A stretch of DNA of 53,701 nucleotides from Vescimonas coprocola (GTDB lineage Bacteria > Bacteroidota > Bacteroidia > Bacteroidales > Bacteroidaceae), in assembly GCA_963620725.1 (NCBI GenBank), contig CAVFBU010000002.1, forward strand, positions 1-53,701, given 5' to 3'. A program made the translations under genes and the position numbers. Every line of letters starts with the position of its first letter. The first letter of the stretch is position 1. Under the pieces are notes generated by a model, which saw only the letters and a list, made by a program, of their open reading frames with translations, was not told where the DNA came from and ran no database searches. Below, piece after piece: positions 40,227 through 50,457 of the stretch.

Positions 40227-41753
40227 TCAGAAGGTCACCCCGGCCGTCAGCAGCACATCCGTCTGCCACTCGCCTTCGGAGCAGCGCACCACGCCACCCT
40301 TCACCAAGGCAAAGAGACCGAGCGGCGAGTCCTTCAGACTGTAGTCGCCCCTCACCATCACGTTCGTCGCCGTATAGCTGGCCTTGGCGAAGCGGTAGGT
40401 ATGGTTGATCATATCCGCAAATGTGGCGGTCATATTGGCGTAGGGCATCACGATGCCATCGCTCACTCGCATGAAGTGGCTCGCGCCAACGTTCAGGGTG
40501 AGTGCGGTCCGGCGCGCCACCTCCCTGCTCCACTCCCCTTGCAGCGTGGCATAGGCGTGGGCGCGGTTGAGTTTACGTTCTGGGTAGACATAACGCTCGC
40601 GGCGACTGCGGAATCCCGTCCGCAGGCTGACCGTCCACGCGCGGCTGCCGTCTGCCACACCATACAATGCACCGAGTGACGCGTCCGTCTGCCACTCCTT
40701 GTACAGGGTCAGCGTGCCGATGACCGGGTAATACTGCGAGTCCGCCTTTCCCGTGATGTTCTCGTCGCCACTGCGGCGCGTCAGGTCGAGGTCGGCATGG
40801 AGTGCCCAGCGGTGCCGTCCCTCCTGCTTCCATCCGAGGGTTGCTTCCACCTTATTATATATAAGGCGCGAGAGGGGTACCCCGTTTGCACTGGTCAGCT
40901 GGCGTTCGTAGCTGCTGCTACCTACGGCCACGTGAGCATAGGTACCACGCCCCTGCAACGGCTGGGCATCCAGTGCCAAGCCGATGCCGCCGCCCCGGTA
41001 GGCCAGCTCGGTCTGCTCGCCGGCGAAGCGGCTGTATTCCGTCCCAAGTCCCGTCATGTGGTATTCGGGAGTCTTTCCCAACTCATTATAGAAATCAACA
41101 CTGTTGGTCTGCTTATAGACACTGCCGCTGACAGCTGCGCCCCACTGATAGCCGGAAACCTCGATGGCTGCCCCGGCTCGCAGGGTCAGCTCCGTCACGA
41201 TGCCTCGCATACGGGGGTCGCGGTCGCGGTATTCGTGGTCGGCGCGGAGTGTCATCTCTCCACCCACGAGGACGCGGTCCAGCCGGGTGGCGTATCCGCC
41301 GGAAAAGGCATACCGCTCGCGATGGGTGTCGCCGCCCAGCGTATCGGCCATGACGTAAGGAGCCAAGAGTGCGTAGTCAGAGGTGGAGTTCCAACGGATG
41401 TCGCGCTGCTGCCCTGTCGTATAGGAGGCCGAGCCCCACGCTGCCGTCTTGTCGCTCATGCGGAGGAAGCTGTTTACGGCGAGTGCACCCAGCGTATGGC
41501 CACTGCCCTGCTGCTGCACGAAGGCCTGCGACTGGCTGCTGTAGTCGCAGGAGAGAGCCATCTCGGAGTAGGAGCGGCTGAAGGCCACACCGTGGAGTGC
41601 CGGGTTGCGGCGCATAGAGACCGAGATGTCGTTCCACAGGGACTGGTGCTCCACGCGTGCCGTGTCGCGAGGTGCGGCGGCCAGCGTGGTGGCAAGGCTC
41701 AAGAGCATCATTGCCAGCCAGAATACTTTTCCGTGTGTGTGTGCTACAGCCAT
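40227..41753 (-). CDS. Outer-membrane beta-barrel protein (DUF6850-like)
   Basis: Signal peptide, amphipathic strands, PYVMADTLGG..RERY.F.G, YRDRDPR, C-terminal F. Confidence 0.78.
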   Translation of the reverse strand: MAVAHTHGKVFWLAMMLLSLATTLAAAPRDTARVEHQSLWNDISVSMRRNPALHGVAFSRSYSEMALSCDYSSQSQAFVQQQGSGHTLGALAVNSFLRMSDKTAAWGSASYTTGQQRDIRWNSTSDYALLAPYVMADTLGGDTHRERYAFSGGYATRLDRVLVGGEMTLRADHEYRDRDPRMRGIVTELTLRAGAAIEVSGYQWGAAVSGSVYKQTNSVDFYNELGKTPEYHMTGLGTEYSRFAGEQTELAYRGGGIGLALDAQPLQGRGTYAHVAVGSSSYERQLTSANGVPLSRLIYNKVEATLGWKQEGRHRWALHADLDLTRRSGDENITGKADSQYYPVIGTLTLYKEWQTDASLGALYGVADGSRAWTVSLRTGFRSRRERYVYPERKLNRAHAYATLQGEWSREVARRTALTLNVGASHFMRVSDGIVMPYANMTATFADMINHTYRFAKASYTATNVMVRGDYSLKDSPLGLFALVKGGVVRCSEGEWQTDVLLTAGVTF

Positions 41754-42121
41754 ATCATGCTCAGTGTTGCGGTGTTTGTATTTTCCTTTTCCAAAGCCAG
41801 ATAGTCGGCCGAACAGCGGAACTTGCGCACGCTGGTCGCGCCACTGGTGTCGCGGCATTGTGCAGAGCCTTCCACCAGTATGGTGTAAGCCCCACGCAGT
41901 ACCTGTATCTGTGCCACGTTGCCGCTGAAGTCAGCCGCAGTGACCACCTGCCGCGTGTTGAGGTTGGTGAGGGTCACCGTGCCCTGCACCCGTTCCACGG
42001 TGATGCCGTCGCCAGCCTCCAGCGTGAGGACGGCGGTGGTGAAGAGGTCGTCTTCCTCCTGATGGCAGGCACTGAGGAGCAGTGTCGTTGCTGCCAGACC
42101 TATCATCAATAGCTTCTTCAT
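41744..42121 (-). CDS. Small lipoprotein
   Basis: Lipobox LLLSA|C + HQEEDD; overlaps the TBDR stop. Confidence 0.8.
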   Translation of the reverse strand: MKKLLMIGLAATTLLLSACHQEEDDLFTTAVLTLEAGDGITVERVQGTVTLTNLNTRQVVTAADFSGNVAQIQVLRGAYTILVEGSAQCRDTSGATSVRKFRCSADYLALEKENTNTATLSMIWL

Positions 42122-44847
42122 ATCTTTACGTTCATTTCCAGTCCGAAATACGGGGTGACATTGCGGCGCACCGTCATACCATTACTCTCGTAGTCGGGAC
42201 TGTAGTCCAGGAGTTTGTTGCAGAACAGGGCGATGGTCACGCCATCGTCGAAGAGACGCTTGGTCACCTTGAAGTTGACATTCATGGAGAACGGCACCCG
42301 GTAGATGGCAAAGTTGCTGGCCGTATAGTTGCGCACGAGGTAGCGCAGGTACGTGTCGCCAGCATCCTCAGTCTTCCAGGCGTGCATCGTGCCACTGCCG
42401 TCCATATAGCTCACGGGGTAGTTGCTGGTCTCGGCGGTCTGCCGCAGTGTGAACCACAGACACTGCGCGGAGACGGAGAAGCCGAGGCGCAGCTTGGGGA
42501 TGTCGGTGTCGGCGGTGAAATTGGTGTTCAGCATCTGGTTCTTGCTGCCACCATTCTCGTCGTAATAGCCCACATACTGAATCTGCTTGCCAGCCATCAC
42601 CGCACTCGGGCGGAAGGCTTCCATCAAGGAGTTGCGGTATATGGTGTAGAACCACGCCCCGTTGATGGTCAAGCGGGTCATGATGCGCGGAAAGCGACGG
42701 GTGGAGAGTGTGTATTCCACACCCTGCTTCAGGGTCTGGCTACCATTGGTGTACTGACTGTAGCCGCGCAGGTCGGTGGTCAACTCGTAGGGCATAGTGT
42801 CCAGCGACGGCGGAGCGATGAGTGTGGCGGCATCCACCGCCGAGGCATCGTATTTCTTGTAGCTATAGGGCGCGTAGCTCGTCTGGCTACGGAAGCCGGA
42901 GGTCATGTTCTCGCGGAAATAGGTCACGGCGAGGCGGTTGCCACCGATGCTGAGGTCGGCACTCACCTCCCACTTGAGGTTGCGCGCTGGCTGGAGCATC
43001 AGGTTGGTGGGGTCGATGACGTAGGTCTGCACGTTGATGCGGCGGCAGTTGGCATTGGCGTGGTAGTAGTTGAGCTGGACGAGATCCATGTAGACGGGGT
43101 CGGGGAAGAGCTGGCTCATGGTGGGCATCTTGGTATGCTCGCCCACGCCGCCCGAGAGGCGCACGAATCCTGTCTGGCCTGCCACGCGGAACTTGGGAAA
43201 CGTCCATCCGAGGTTGACCCTCGGGTCAAGGTACACCCTGCCGTGCATCCGGTAGGCACTGGGCAGGCCGGCCATCTGCACGGCACGCACGCCGGCCACT
43301 GCCTCCACCTTGTTGCCGCCCACTTGGAAGGCCACACTCTCCTCGGCGAAGAGTCCCCACTGACGGTTGGCCGGGATGTCAGAGAGCCGCCGCTGGCGTA
43401 GGGTGGCCGACGTGGTGTAGAGCGGCCGCGTGGGGTCAAACACCTGTCCCTTGCCGTAGTTTTTGTCCATGTTCCAGTCGGTGCCCACCAACAGGGTGTT
43501 GGAGACGTACTGTGAGGGAATCTGGAACTTGGCCGTCAGCTTGGCAAAGAGGTTGAAGGGACGGCCGTCCACGTTCTGTGAGGCCACATACGTATAGGGC
43601 AGAATGATGCCATCGCTCTCTCCGGGCGTAGTAGCGGTGACGGCAGCCGTGAGCTGCGAGAGCTGCACGAGTTTGGTGCGCTCCACGAGGTCGTATTCAT
43701 AGGAGGTGGAGAGCATGGCGTCGAGTGAACGGAACCACTGCTCGCGGCTCTTGGCCGCCACGCTCACCTTGGCGTTGAGCGCATAGCGGTTGTACTGCGA
43801 CTTGTAGGCATCCACGGCCTGGCTGTTGAGGTCGGGGTCGGTCTTGTCGTTGTCGAACGAGCCGGTATAGTCGAGGTTTGTCTTGAGGTTTACGTCGTAC
43901 CGCCCGAGCGTCCACGCCTTGGAGAAACGCGCCGAGAGACTGAGCCGCTTGTAGTTCTCCAGTCTGTTGCGTGGGTCGGCCTTAGCATCAAGCCAGTCGG
44001 CACTGAGATTGAGGGTCATGCGCTGCGGTTTCCACTCGAAGCCCTTGGCCAGATAGAAGAGCTTGCTGCCCATGTCGGCCTTGAGGCGTGCAGTCCATTG
44101 GTTTCCGCCGCGCTTGCGCTCGATTTTGACCAGTCCGCTCGTCAGGTCGCCATACTCCACCGACGGAATGCCGCGCACCACCTCAACGCGCTCAATGTCG
44201 TCGGTGGAGATGGAGCGCATATCAACGCCAGCGTTGACAAAGCTCCGCCCTTCGGTGGAGGTTTCCCATGCACCCTTCACCTCTTGGAGGTTGCCGTTGG
44301 TGCTGACGGGTGCGCCATCAATCATGAACGACGTGCCCAGCGCTGTGGTATTGTAGGTACTGGCCGTGCCGGTCTCGCGGATGCGGATGGTGTTGGGGGT
44401 GTTGAGCGTGGGGTCTTGCGAGCGGCCACCAGGCAGCAGTTCGAGGAGGTCGGAGAAACTGGATGGCTGGAGGTGCTCCATGGCCTGCTTCCCGATGACG
44501 GAAGCCGACGACAGTCCCTTGGACTCCTGTGCCGTCACTACCACCTCGCCGAGCGTGGCTACGTCCGGCAACAGACGGTAGACGGCACCATCGGTCAGCG
44601 TGGCTACCAGGGGCTTATACCCAATATAGGTGATGCGTATCTGTCGCGACTTGCCAGCTGGCGCGATGATGCGGAACAGACCATCGGCATCGGTCACGAC
44701 CGCTGTCTCCCGTTGGTCGGCCAGACTCACCGTAGCACCGACAATGGGTTCATGCGTCGTACCGTCGGTCACCTTCCCCTTAAACGTTTGGGAAAAGGCA
44801 ACGACAGCCAGAAGTAAGGCCATAAGAGTCATTTGCAGTCGTTTCAT
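42118..44847 (-). CDS. TonB-dependent receptor with an N-terminal carboxypeptidase-regulatory-like domain
   Basis: GKVTD..EPIVGATV, LGEVVVTA, DLLELLPG, IERVEVVRGIPSVEYGDLTSG, terminal YFGLEMNVKI. Confidence 0.93.
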   Translation of the reverse strand: MKRLQMTLMALLLAVVAFSQTFKGKVTDGTTHEPIVGATVSLADQRETAVVTDADGLFRIIAPAGKSRQIRITYIGYKPLVATLTDGAVYRLLPDVATLGEVVVTAQESKGLSSASVIGKQAMEHLQPSSFSDLLELLPGGRSQDPTLNTPNTIRIRETGTASTYNTTALGTSFMIDGAPVSTNGNLQEVKGAWETSTEGRSFVNAGVDMRSISTDDIERVEVVRGIPSVEYGDLTSGLVKIERKRGGNQWTARLKADMGSKLFYLAKGFEWKPQRMTLNLSADWLDAKADPRNRLENYKRLSLSARFSKAWTLGRYDVNLKTNLDYTGSFDNDKTDPDLNSQAVDAYKSQYNRYALNAKVSVAAKSREQWFRSLDAMLSTSYEYDLVERTKLVQLSQLTAAVTATTPGESDGIILPYTYVASQNVDGRPFNLFAKLTAKFQIPSQYVSNTLLVGTDWNMDKNYGKGQVFDPTRPLYTTSATLRQRRLSDIPANRQWGLFAEESVAFQVGGNKVEAVAGVRAVQMAGLPSAYRMHGRVYLDPRVNLGWTFPKFRVAGQTGFVRLSGGVGEHTKMPTMSQLFPDPVYMDLVQLNYYHANANCRRINVQTYVIDPTNLMLQPARNLKWEVSADLSIGGNRLAVTYFRENMTSGFRSQTSYAPYSYKKYDASAVDAATLIAPPSLDTMPYELTTDLRGYSQYTNGSQTLKQGVEYTLSTRRFPRIMTRLTINGAWFYTIYRNSLMEAFRPSAVMAGKQIQYVGYYDENGGSKNQMLNTNFTADTDIPKLRLGFSVSAQCLWFTLRQTAETSNYPVSYMDGSGTMHAWKTEDAGDTYLRYLVRNYTASNFAIYRVPFSMNVNFKVTKRLFDDGVTIALFCNKLLDYSPDYESNGMTVRRNVTPYFGLEMNVKI

Positions 44848-44921
44848 CGTAGCCTCGCTAACACCTCTTTTATATAGTTATCCGTTGATGGTGCAAAGGT
44901 AGGGCGTTTCAGGGGCTTGGG

Positions 44922-44943
44922 CAATACCTAAAAATAGGTATTG
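44922..44943. promoter_or_regulatory. Palindromic operator candidate upstream of the TBDR operon promoter
   Basis: CAATACCTA-AAAA-TAGGTATTG; minus-strand TACCTTTG at 44894-44901. Confidence 0.6.
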
Positions 44944-45056
44944 TTTTGTTCCTGTACCCACATAAGAGACAGAAAAACAATGATTTTAACGGGAAAGATG
45001 CGTCTTTTCCACTAATTTTTCGTACTTTTGTCCCAAATAAACAAAAACCAACGACG

Positions 45057-46028
45057 ATGAAAAAGACACTTATGACAATCGCTGTCCTGCTGTGTGCCAT
45101 TGGTGCATCGGCAGGGGATGCCTACCTCTTCTCCTACTTCCGGGGAGAGAAGGATGGACTGCATCTGGCCTATAGCTACGATGGCAAGACATGGACGGCA
45201 CTGAACGGCAACCAGACGCTGTTGCGCCCTACGGTGGGCAAAGACCGGCTGATGCGCGACCCGAGCATCGTGCAGGGACCGGACGGCACGTTCCACATGG
45301 TATGGACCTCCAGCTGGCACGACCGAATCATCGGCTATGCCTCGTCGAAAGACCTGATACACTGGAGCGAACAGCAGGCCATCCCCGTGATGGCCGATGA
45401 GCCGGAGGCTCAGAACTGCTGGGCGCCGGAGCTGTTCTACGACGAGCCTACGCAGACCTTTTATATCTACTGGGCAACGACCATTCCCGGGCGGCACTCG
45501 CCAGTGGCTTCGACGGAAAAGGAGAAACAATGGAACCACCGCATCTATTGTACGACGACCAAGGATTTCAAGACCTTCACCAAGACACGGATGTTCTTCA
45601 ATCCCGATTTCAACGTGATTGATGCTGCCATCGTGAAGGACGGACGGGACTATATCATGGTGGTGAAGAACGAGAACTCTGCCCCGGCGGAAAAGAACCT
45701 CCGCATCACACGAACCCAAGACCTCCGCAAAGGCTTCCCCACCGTGGTGTCGCCTTCCATCTCCGGCGACTTCTGGGCTGAAGGCCCGGCACCGCTCTTC
45801 GTGGGCGACACACTCTATGTCTATTTCGACAAATACCGCAACGGATGCTATGGTGCCGTGCGCAGCATAGACCACGGACAGACGTGGACGGATGTCTCCG
45901 ATGAGATGACCTTCCCGAAGGGTATCCGCCACGGCACGGCCTTCAAGGTCAGCGAGTGCGTGATCGACAACCTGAAACGGGTCTTGGGGGACGTACCCAC
46001 CATGACGCAGGACGGCTCTATGCCATAG
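45057..46028 (+). CDS. GH43-like five-bladed beta-propeller glycosidase
   Basis: Signal peptide, MRDPSI, CWAPE, VIDAAI, AEGP; promoter TACTTTTG at 45023-45030. Confidence 0.85.
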   Translation: MKKTLMTIAVLLCAIGASAGDAYLFSYFRGEKDGLHLAYSYDGKTWTALNGNQTLLRPTVGKDRLMRDPSIVQGPDGTFHMVWTSSWHDRIIGYASSKDLIHWSEQQAIPVMADEPEAQNCWAPELFYDEPTQTFYIYWATTIPGRHSPVASTEKEKQWNHRIYCTTTKDFKTFTKTRMFFNPDFNVIDAAIVKDGRDYIMVVKNENSAPAEKNLRITRTQDLRKGFPTVVSPSISGDFWAEGPAPLFVGDTLYVYFDKYRNGCYGAVRSIDHGQTWTDVSDEMTFPKGIRHGTAFKVSECVIDNLKRVLGDVPTMTQDGSMP

Positions 46029-46164
46029 AAAACATCAAAAAAGTCCGCCTGCGTGAAAATATTGCGTCTGCGTGTGCTTGGTTTGGCGCATTTTTTCGTA
46101 CCTTTGCACGCGCACAGATTAAACCGGTGTAACGAACAAGACCACAAGCGCAACAGACAGAATC

Positions 46165-47511
46165 ATGGAATTAGACACACTGACCGCCATCTCGCCAATC
46201 GATGGGCGATACCGGAACAAGACCGGGCAGTTGGCAGAATATTTCTCGGAGTATGCCCTCATCCGTTATCGGGTGCGCGTGGAGATTGAATACTTCATCG
46301 CACTCTGCGAGCTGCCGCTGCCGCAGCTGGAGGACTTCGACCACAGCCGCTTCGACGCGCTCCGCGACATCTACCGCAACTTTACGGAAGCACATGCCGC
46401 ACGCGTCAAGGAAATTGAGCAGACCACCAACCACGACGTAAAGGCTGTGGAATATTTCATCAAGGAGGAACTTGACCGGCTTGGCGGCTTCGACCAATAC
46501 AAGGAGTTCATCCATTTCGGACTAACCTCGCAGGACATCAACAACACCAGCGTGCCCCTCTCTATCAAGGAGGCCTTGGAACAGGTCTACTGTCCCATGG
46601 TCGAGGAACTCATTGAGCAGCTCAACGACTATGCGGAGCAGTGGAAGAACGTGCCGATGCTGGCCAAGACACACGGTCAGCCAGCCTCGCCCACGCGCCT
46701 GGGCAAGGAAATCATGGTGTTCGTCTACCGTCTGGAGGAACAGTTGCGCGGACTGAAGGACACCCCCATCACCGCCAAGTTCGGTGGAGCCACCGGCAAC
46801 TACAACGCCCACCACGTGGCCTATCCGCAGTATGACTGGCGCGAGTTCGGCAACCGCTTCGTGTCGGAGAAGCTCGGGCTGGAGCGCGAACAGTGGACCA
46901 CGCAGATTTCCAACTACGACTGGATGGGAGCCATCTTCGACGCTATGCGCCGCATCAACACCATCATCATTGACCTGGATCGCGACTTCTGGATGTATAT
47001 CTCTATGGAGTATTTCAAACAGAAGATCAAGGCTGGAGAGGTGGGTTCCAGTGCCATGCCGCACAAAGTGAACCCCATCGACTACGAGAACTCGGAGGGC
47101 AACCTCGGCATCGCCAATGCCATCCTGCAGTTCTTGGCACAGAAGCTGCCCATCAGCCGATTGCAGCGCGACTTGACCGACTCCACCGTGCTCCGCAACG
47201 TCGGGGTGCCCATGGGGCACGCCGTCATCGCCATACAGAGCACACTGAAGGGACTGCGCAAGCTCATCCTCAACGAGGAGAAGATTGCGGAAGACCTTGG
47301 CAATACGTGGGCCGTGGTGGCAGAGGCCATACAGACCATCCTGCGGCGCGAAGCCTATCCGCACCCCTACGAAGCCCTAAAGGCACTGACACGAACCAAC
47401 CAAAAGATGACACCCGAGCTGATTCACGACTTCATCGCAGGACTGGCCGTCAGCGACGAGGTGAAAGAGGAACTGATGGCCATCACCCCCATGAACTACA
47501 CAGGAATTTGA
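46165..47511 (+). CDS. purB: Adenylosuccinate lyase
   Basis: ISPIDGRY, TNHDVKAVEY, THGQPASPT, GSSAMPHKVNP. Confidence 0.97.
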   Translation: MELDTLTAISPIDGRYRNKTGQLAEYFSEYALIRYRVRVEIEYFIALCELPLPQLEDFDHSRFDALRDIYRNFTEAHAARVKEIEQTTNHDVKAVEYFIKEELDRLGGFDQYKEFIHFGLTSQDINNTSVPLSIKEALEQVYCPMVEELIEQLNDYAEQWKNVPMLAKTHGQPASPTRLGKEIMVFVYRLEEQLRGLKDTPITAKFGGATGNYNAHHVAYPQYDWREFGNRFVSEKLGLEREQWTTQISNYDWMGAIFDAMRRINTIIIDLDRDFWMYISMEYFKQKIKAGEVGSSAMPHKVNPIDYENSEGNLGIANAILQFLAQKLPISRLQRDLTDSTVLRNVGVPMGHAVIAIQSTLKGLRKLILNEEKIAEDLGNTWAVVAEAIQTILRREAYPHPYEALKALTRTNQKMTPELIHDFIAGLAVSDEVKEELMAITPMNYTGI

Positions 47512-47576
47512 ATTCAAATCATTAATAACACAAGGGAAACCGTGAGGTTTCTATTAAAAACAACACACAAAAAATT

Positions 47577-49019
47577 ATGGAACTCGAAAACGAAAAGAAG
47601 ACAGAAGAACAGGCTGTCAACCAGCAAGGCGGAAGCAACCGCGAGGGTTACACCGACCAACAGAACGGCTACCAAGGCTATCGCCCGGGACGTTCACCGC
47701 GCCCGCGCATCAACCAACAGACACGTCCCTACAATCAAGGGGGCTACAATCGTAATCAGGAGGACAACGAGGGCGGTTTCCGGCCGGAAGGTTTCGGCAG
47801 CGGACTGCAAAACAACAACTCGCGCCCCTATCGTCCGCGCTACAACAACCCACAGGACGGAGAACAGGGCGGCTACCAGCCCCACCAGCAGGGTGGTTAC
47901 CAACAGGGTGGCTACCAACAGCGCGGCGGCTACAACAATCGTGGCGGTTACAACAATCGCGGCGGCTATCAGCAGCAGGGCGGTTACAACAACCGTGGTG
48001 GCTACCAGCAGCGTCCTTACAACAACCGCTACAACAACCCGCAGCAGGACGGCGAGCAGGGCGACTTCCAGCCCCGTCAGCAGGGCGGCTATCAGCAGCG
48101 TCCTTATAACAATCGCGGCGGCTACCAGCAGCGTCCTTACAATAATCGTGGCGGCTATAACAACAACCGTGGCGGCTACCAGCAGCGCGGTGGTTACAAC
48201 AACCGTGGCGGCTACCGTCAGCACTCGGCGGACTACGACCCCAATGCAAAATACAGCTTCAAGAAGCGCATAGAATATAAGGAGGAACACTACGATCCCA
48301 ATGAGCCTATCCGTCTGAACAAATTCCTCGCCAACGCTGGCATGTGCAGCCGTCGCGAGGCTGATGACTTCATCCAGGCTGGCGTGGTGACCGTCAACGG
48401 AACGGTAGTGACCGAACTGGGCACCAAGGTGCTGCGCACCGACGAGGTGAAGTTCCACGACACGCTCGTCACGCCCGAGAAGAAGGTCTACGTGCTCTTG
48501 AACAAGCCTAAGGACTATGTGACCACCAGTGACGACCCCCAGCAGCGCAAGACGGTGATGGATCTCGTCAAGGATGCCTGTCCCGAGCGCATCTACCCGG
48601 TGGGACGGCTGGACCGCAACACCACCGGTGTGCTCCTGCTGACCAACGACGGTGACCTCGCCTCGAAGTTGACCCACCCGAAGTTCCTCAAGAAGAAGAT
48701 CTATCACGTCTACCTTGACAAGAACTTGACCGCCCACGATTTGCAGCAGATCGCTGAAGGACTCACGCTCAACGACGGCGAGATTAAGGCTGACGACATC
48801 CAGTATGCCGACCCCGTTGACAAGAAGCAGGTGGGCATTGAGATTCACTCGGGTAAGAACCGCATCGTGCGCCGCATCTTCGAGCACCTTGGCTACAAGG
48901 TGTCCAAGCTCGACCGCGTGCAGTTTGCTGGACTGACCAAGAAGAACCTGCGCCGCGGTGACTGGCGTTACCTGACGGAGGAAGAGGTGGATCGCCTGCG
49001 CATGGGTGCTTACGAATAA
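47577..49019 (+). CDS. rRNA pseudouridine synthase (RsuA/RluB family) with a long low-complexity N-terminus
   Basis: S4 domain [22 protein letters not shown]; catalytic [12 protein letters not shown]. Confidence 0.93.
   Translation: MELENEKKTEEQAVNQQGGSNREGYTDQQNGYQGYRPGRSPRPRINQQTRPYNQGGYNRNQEDNEGGFRPEGFGSGLQNNNSRPYRPRYNNPQDGEQGGYQPHQQGGYQQGGYQQRGGYNNRGGYNNRGGYQQQGGYNNRGGYQQRPYNNRYNNPQQDGEQGDFQPRQQGGYQQRPYNNRGGYQQRPYNNRGGYNNNRGGYQQRGGYNNRGGYRQHSADYDPNAKYSFKKRIEYKEEHYDPNEPIRLNKFLANAGMCSRREADDFIQAGVVTVNGTVVTELGTKVLRTDEVKFHDTLVTPEKKVYVLLNKPKDYVTTSDDPQQRKTVMDLVKDACPERIYPVGRLDRNTTGVLLLTNDGDLASKLTHPKFLKKKIYHVYLDKNLTAHDLQQIAEGLTLNDGEIKADDIQYADPVDKKQVGIEIHSGKNRIVRRIFEHLGYKVSKLDRVQFAGLTKKNLRRGDWRYLTEEEVDRLRMGAYE
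47868..48220 (+). repeat. Coding repeats GGY(NN/QQ)R and [11 protein letters not shown]
   Basis: Many GGCGGCTAC/GGTGGTTAC units; G/Y/Q/N/R-rich peptide. Confidence 0.9.
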
Positions 49020-49053
49020 CGACAGTAACGACTTTCTGAAAGGACAACAAGCG

Positions 49054-50457
49054 ATGAAAAGAACGAAGATAGTGGACGTGCTGAAAAGCACGGATTTCGG
49101 AAACGACGTGTGTGTGAAGGGATGGGTACGCACCCACCGCAACTCAAAGTCTGTCGACTTTGTCGCACTCAACGACGGCAGCACCATCAACAACGTGCAG
49201 ATCGTGGTCAACCTCTCGCAGTTTGACGATGAGATGCTCAAACAGATAACCACTGGCGCGTGCATCTGCGCCACGGGAACACTGGTGGAGAGCCAGGGCA
49301 GCGGACAACGCTGCGAGATACAGGCCAAGACGCTGGAGATATACGGTCTCTGCGACAACACCTACCCCATGCAGAAGAAGGGACAGTCGTTTGAGGTGAT
49401 GCGCAAGAACGCGCACCTTCGCCTGCGCACCAATACCTTCGGGGCCGTGATGCGCATCCGCCACAATATGGCCATGGCCATCCATACCTACTTCCACGAG
49501 CACGGCTTCTTCTATTTCCACACACCGCTGATTACGGCCAGCGACTGTGAGGGAGCCGGACAGATGTTCCAGGTGACCACCAAGAACCTCTACGACCTGA
49601 AGAAGGACGAGAACGGAAGCATCATCTACGACGATGACTTCTTCGGCAAGCAGACCTCGCTGACCGTCAGCGGTCAGTTGGAGGGCGAGTTAGGAGCTAC
49701 GGCACTGGGTGCCATCTACACCTTCGGCCCGACCTTCCGTGCCGAGAACTCCAATACGCCGCGCCACTTGGCCGAGTTCTGGATGATTGAGCCGGAGGTG
49801 GCCTTCATCGATCTGGACGACCTGATGGATCTCGAAGAGGACTTCATCAAGTACTGCGTCCGCTGGGCACTGGACCACTGCAAGGACGACCTGGACTTCC
49901 TCAACCAGATGATTGACAAGACGCTGATAGCGCGTCTGGAGGGTGTGGTGAAGGATAGCTTCGTGCGCCTGCCGTACACCAAGGGTATCGAGATCTTGGA
50001 AGAGGCCGTGAAGAACGGACGGAAATTCGAGTTTCCCGTTGAGTGGGGCATGGACCTGGCTTCCGAGCACGAGCGTTTCCTTGTGGAGGAGCATTTCCAG
50101 AAGCCCGTCATCATGACCGACTATCCGCGCGACATCAAGGCGTTCTACATGAAGCAGAACGACGACAGCGAGGAGCGCCGCACCGTGCAGGGCACGGACG
50201 TGCTGTTCCCGCAGATTGGTGAGATTATCGGTGGCTCAGTCCGCGAGGAGAGCTACGACAAACTGATGGCGGAGATTGACCGCCGCCAGATTCCGATGAA
50301 GGATATGTGGTGGTACCTGGACACGCGCCGCTACGGCAGTTGTCCGCATGGTGGCTTCGGACTCGGCTTCGAACGCCTCATCCTCTTCGTTACGGGTATG
50401 CAGAACATCCGCGACGTGATTCCCTTCCCGCGCACACCGAAGACAGCCGACTTCTAA
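49054..50457 (+). CDS. asnS: Asparagine-tRNA ligase
   Basis: OB fold (GWVRT..LNDGS), [28 protein letters not shown]. Confidence 0.97.
   Translation: MKRTKIVDVLKSTDFGNDVCVKGWVRTHRNSKSVDFVALNDGSTINNVQIVVNLSQFDDEMLKQITTGACICATGTLVESQGSGQRCEIQAKTLEIYGLCDNTYPMQKKGQSFEVMRKNAHLRLRTNTFGAVMRIRHNMAMAIHTYFHEHGFFYFHTPLITASDCEGAGQMFQVTTKNLYDLKKDENGSIIYDDDFFGKQTSLTVSGQLEGELGATALGAIYTFGPTFRAENSNTPRHLAEFWMIEPEVAFIDLDDLMDLEEDFIKYCVRWALDHCKDDLDFLNQMIDKTLIARLEGVVKDSFVRLPYTKGIEILEEAVKNGRKFEFPVEWGMDLASEHERFLVEEHFQKPVIMTDYPRDIKAFYMKQNDDSEERRTVQGTDVLFPQIGEIIGGSVREESYDKLMAEIDRRQIPMKDMWWYLDTRRYGSCPHGGFGLGFERLILFVTGMQNIRDVIPFPRTPKTADF

Noticed and set aside
36101..46028. Classical SusC/SusD polysaccharide utilisation locus including the GH43 gene
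   Set aside because: No SusD-like gene, and the GH43 gene is divergent with its own promoter.
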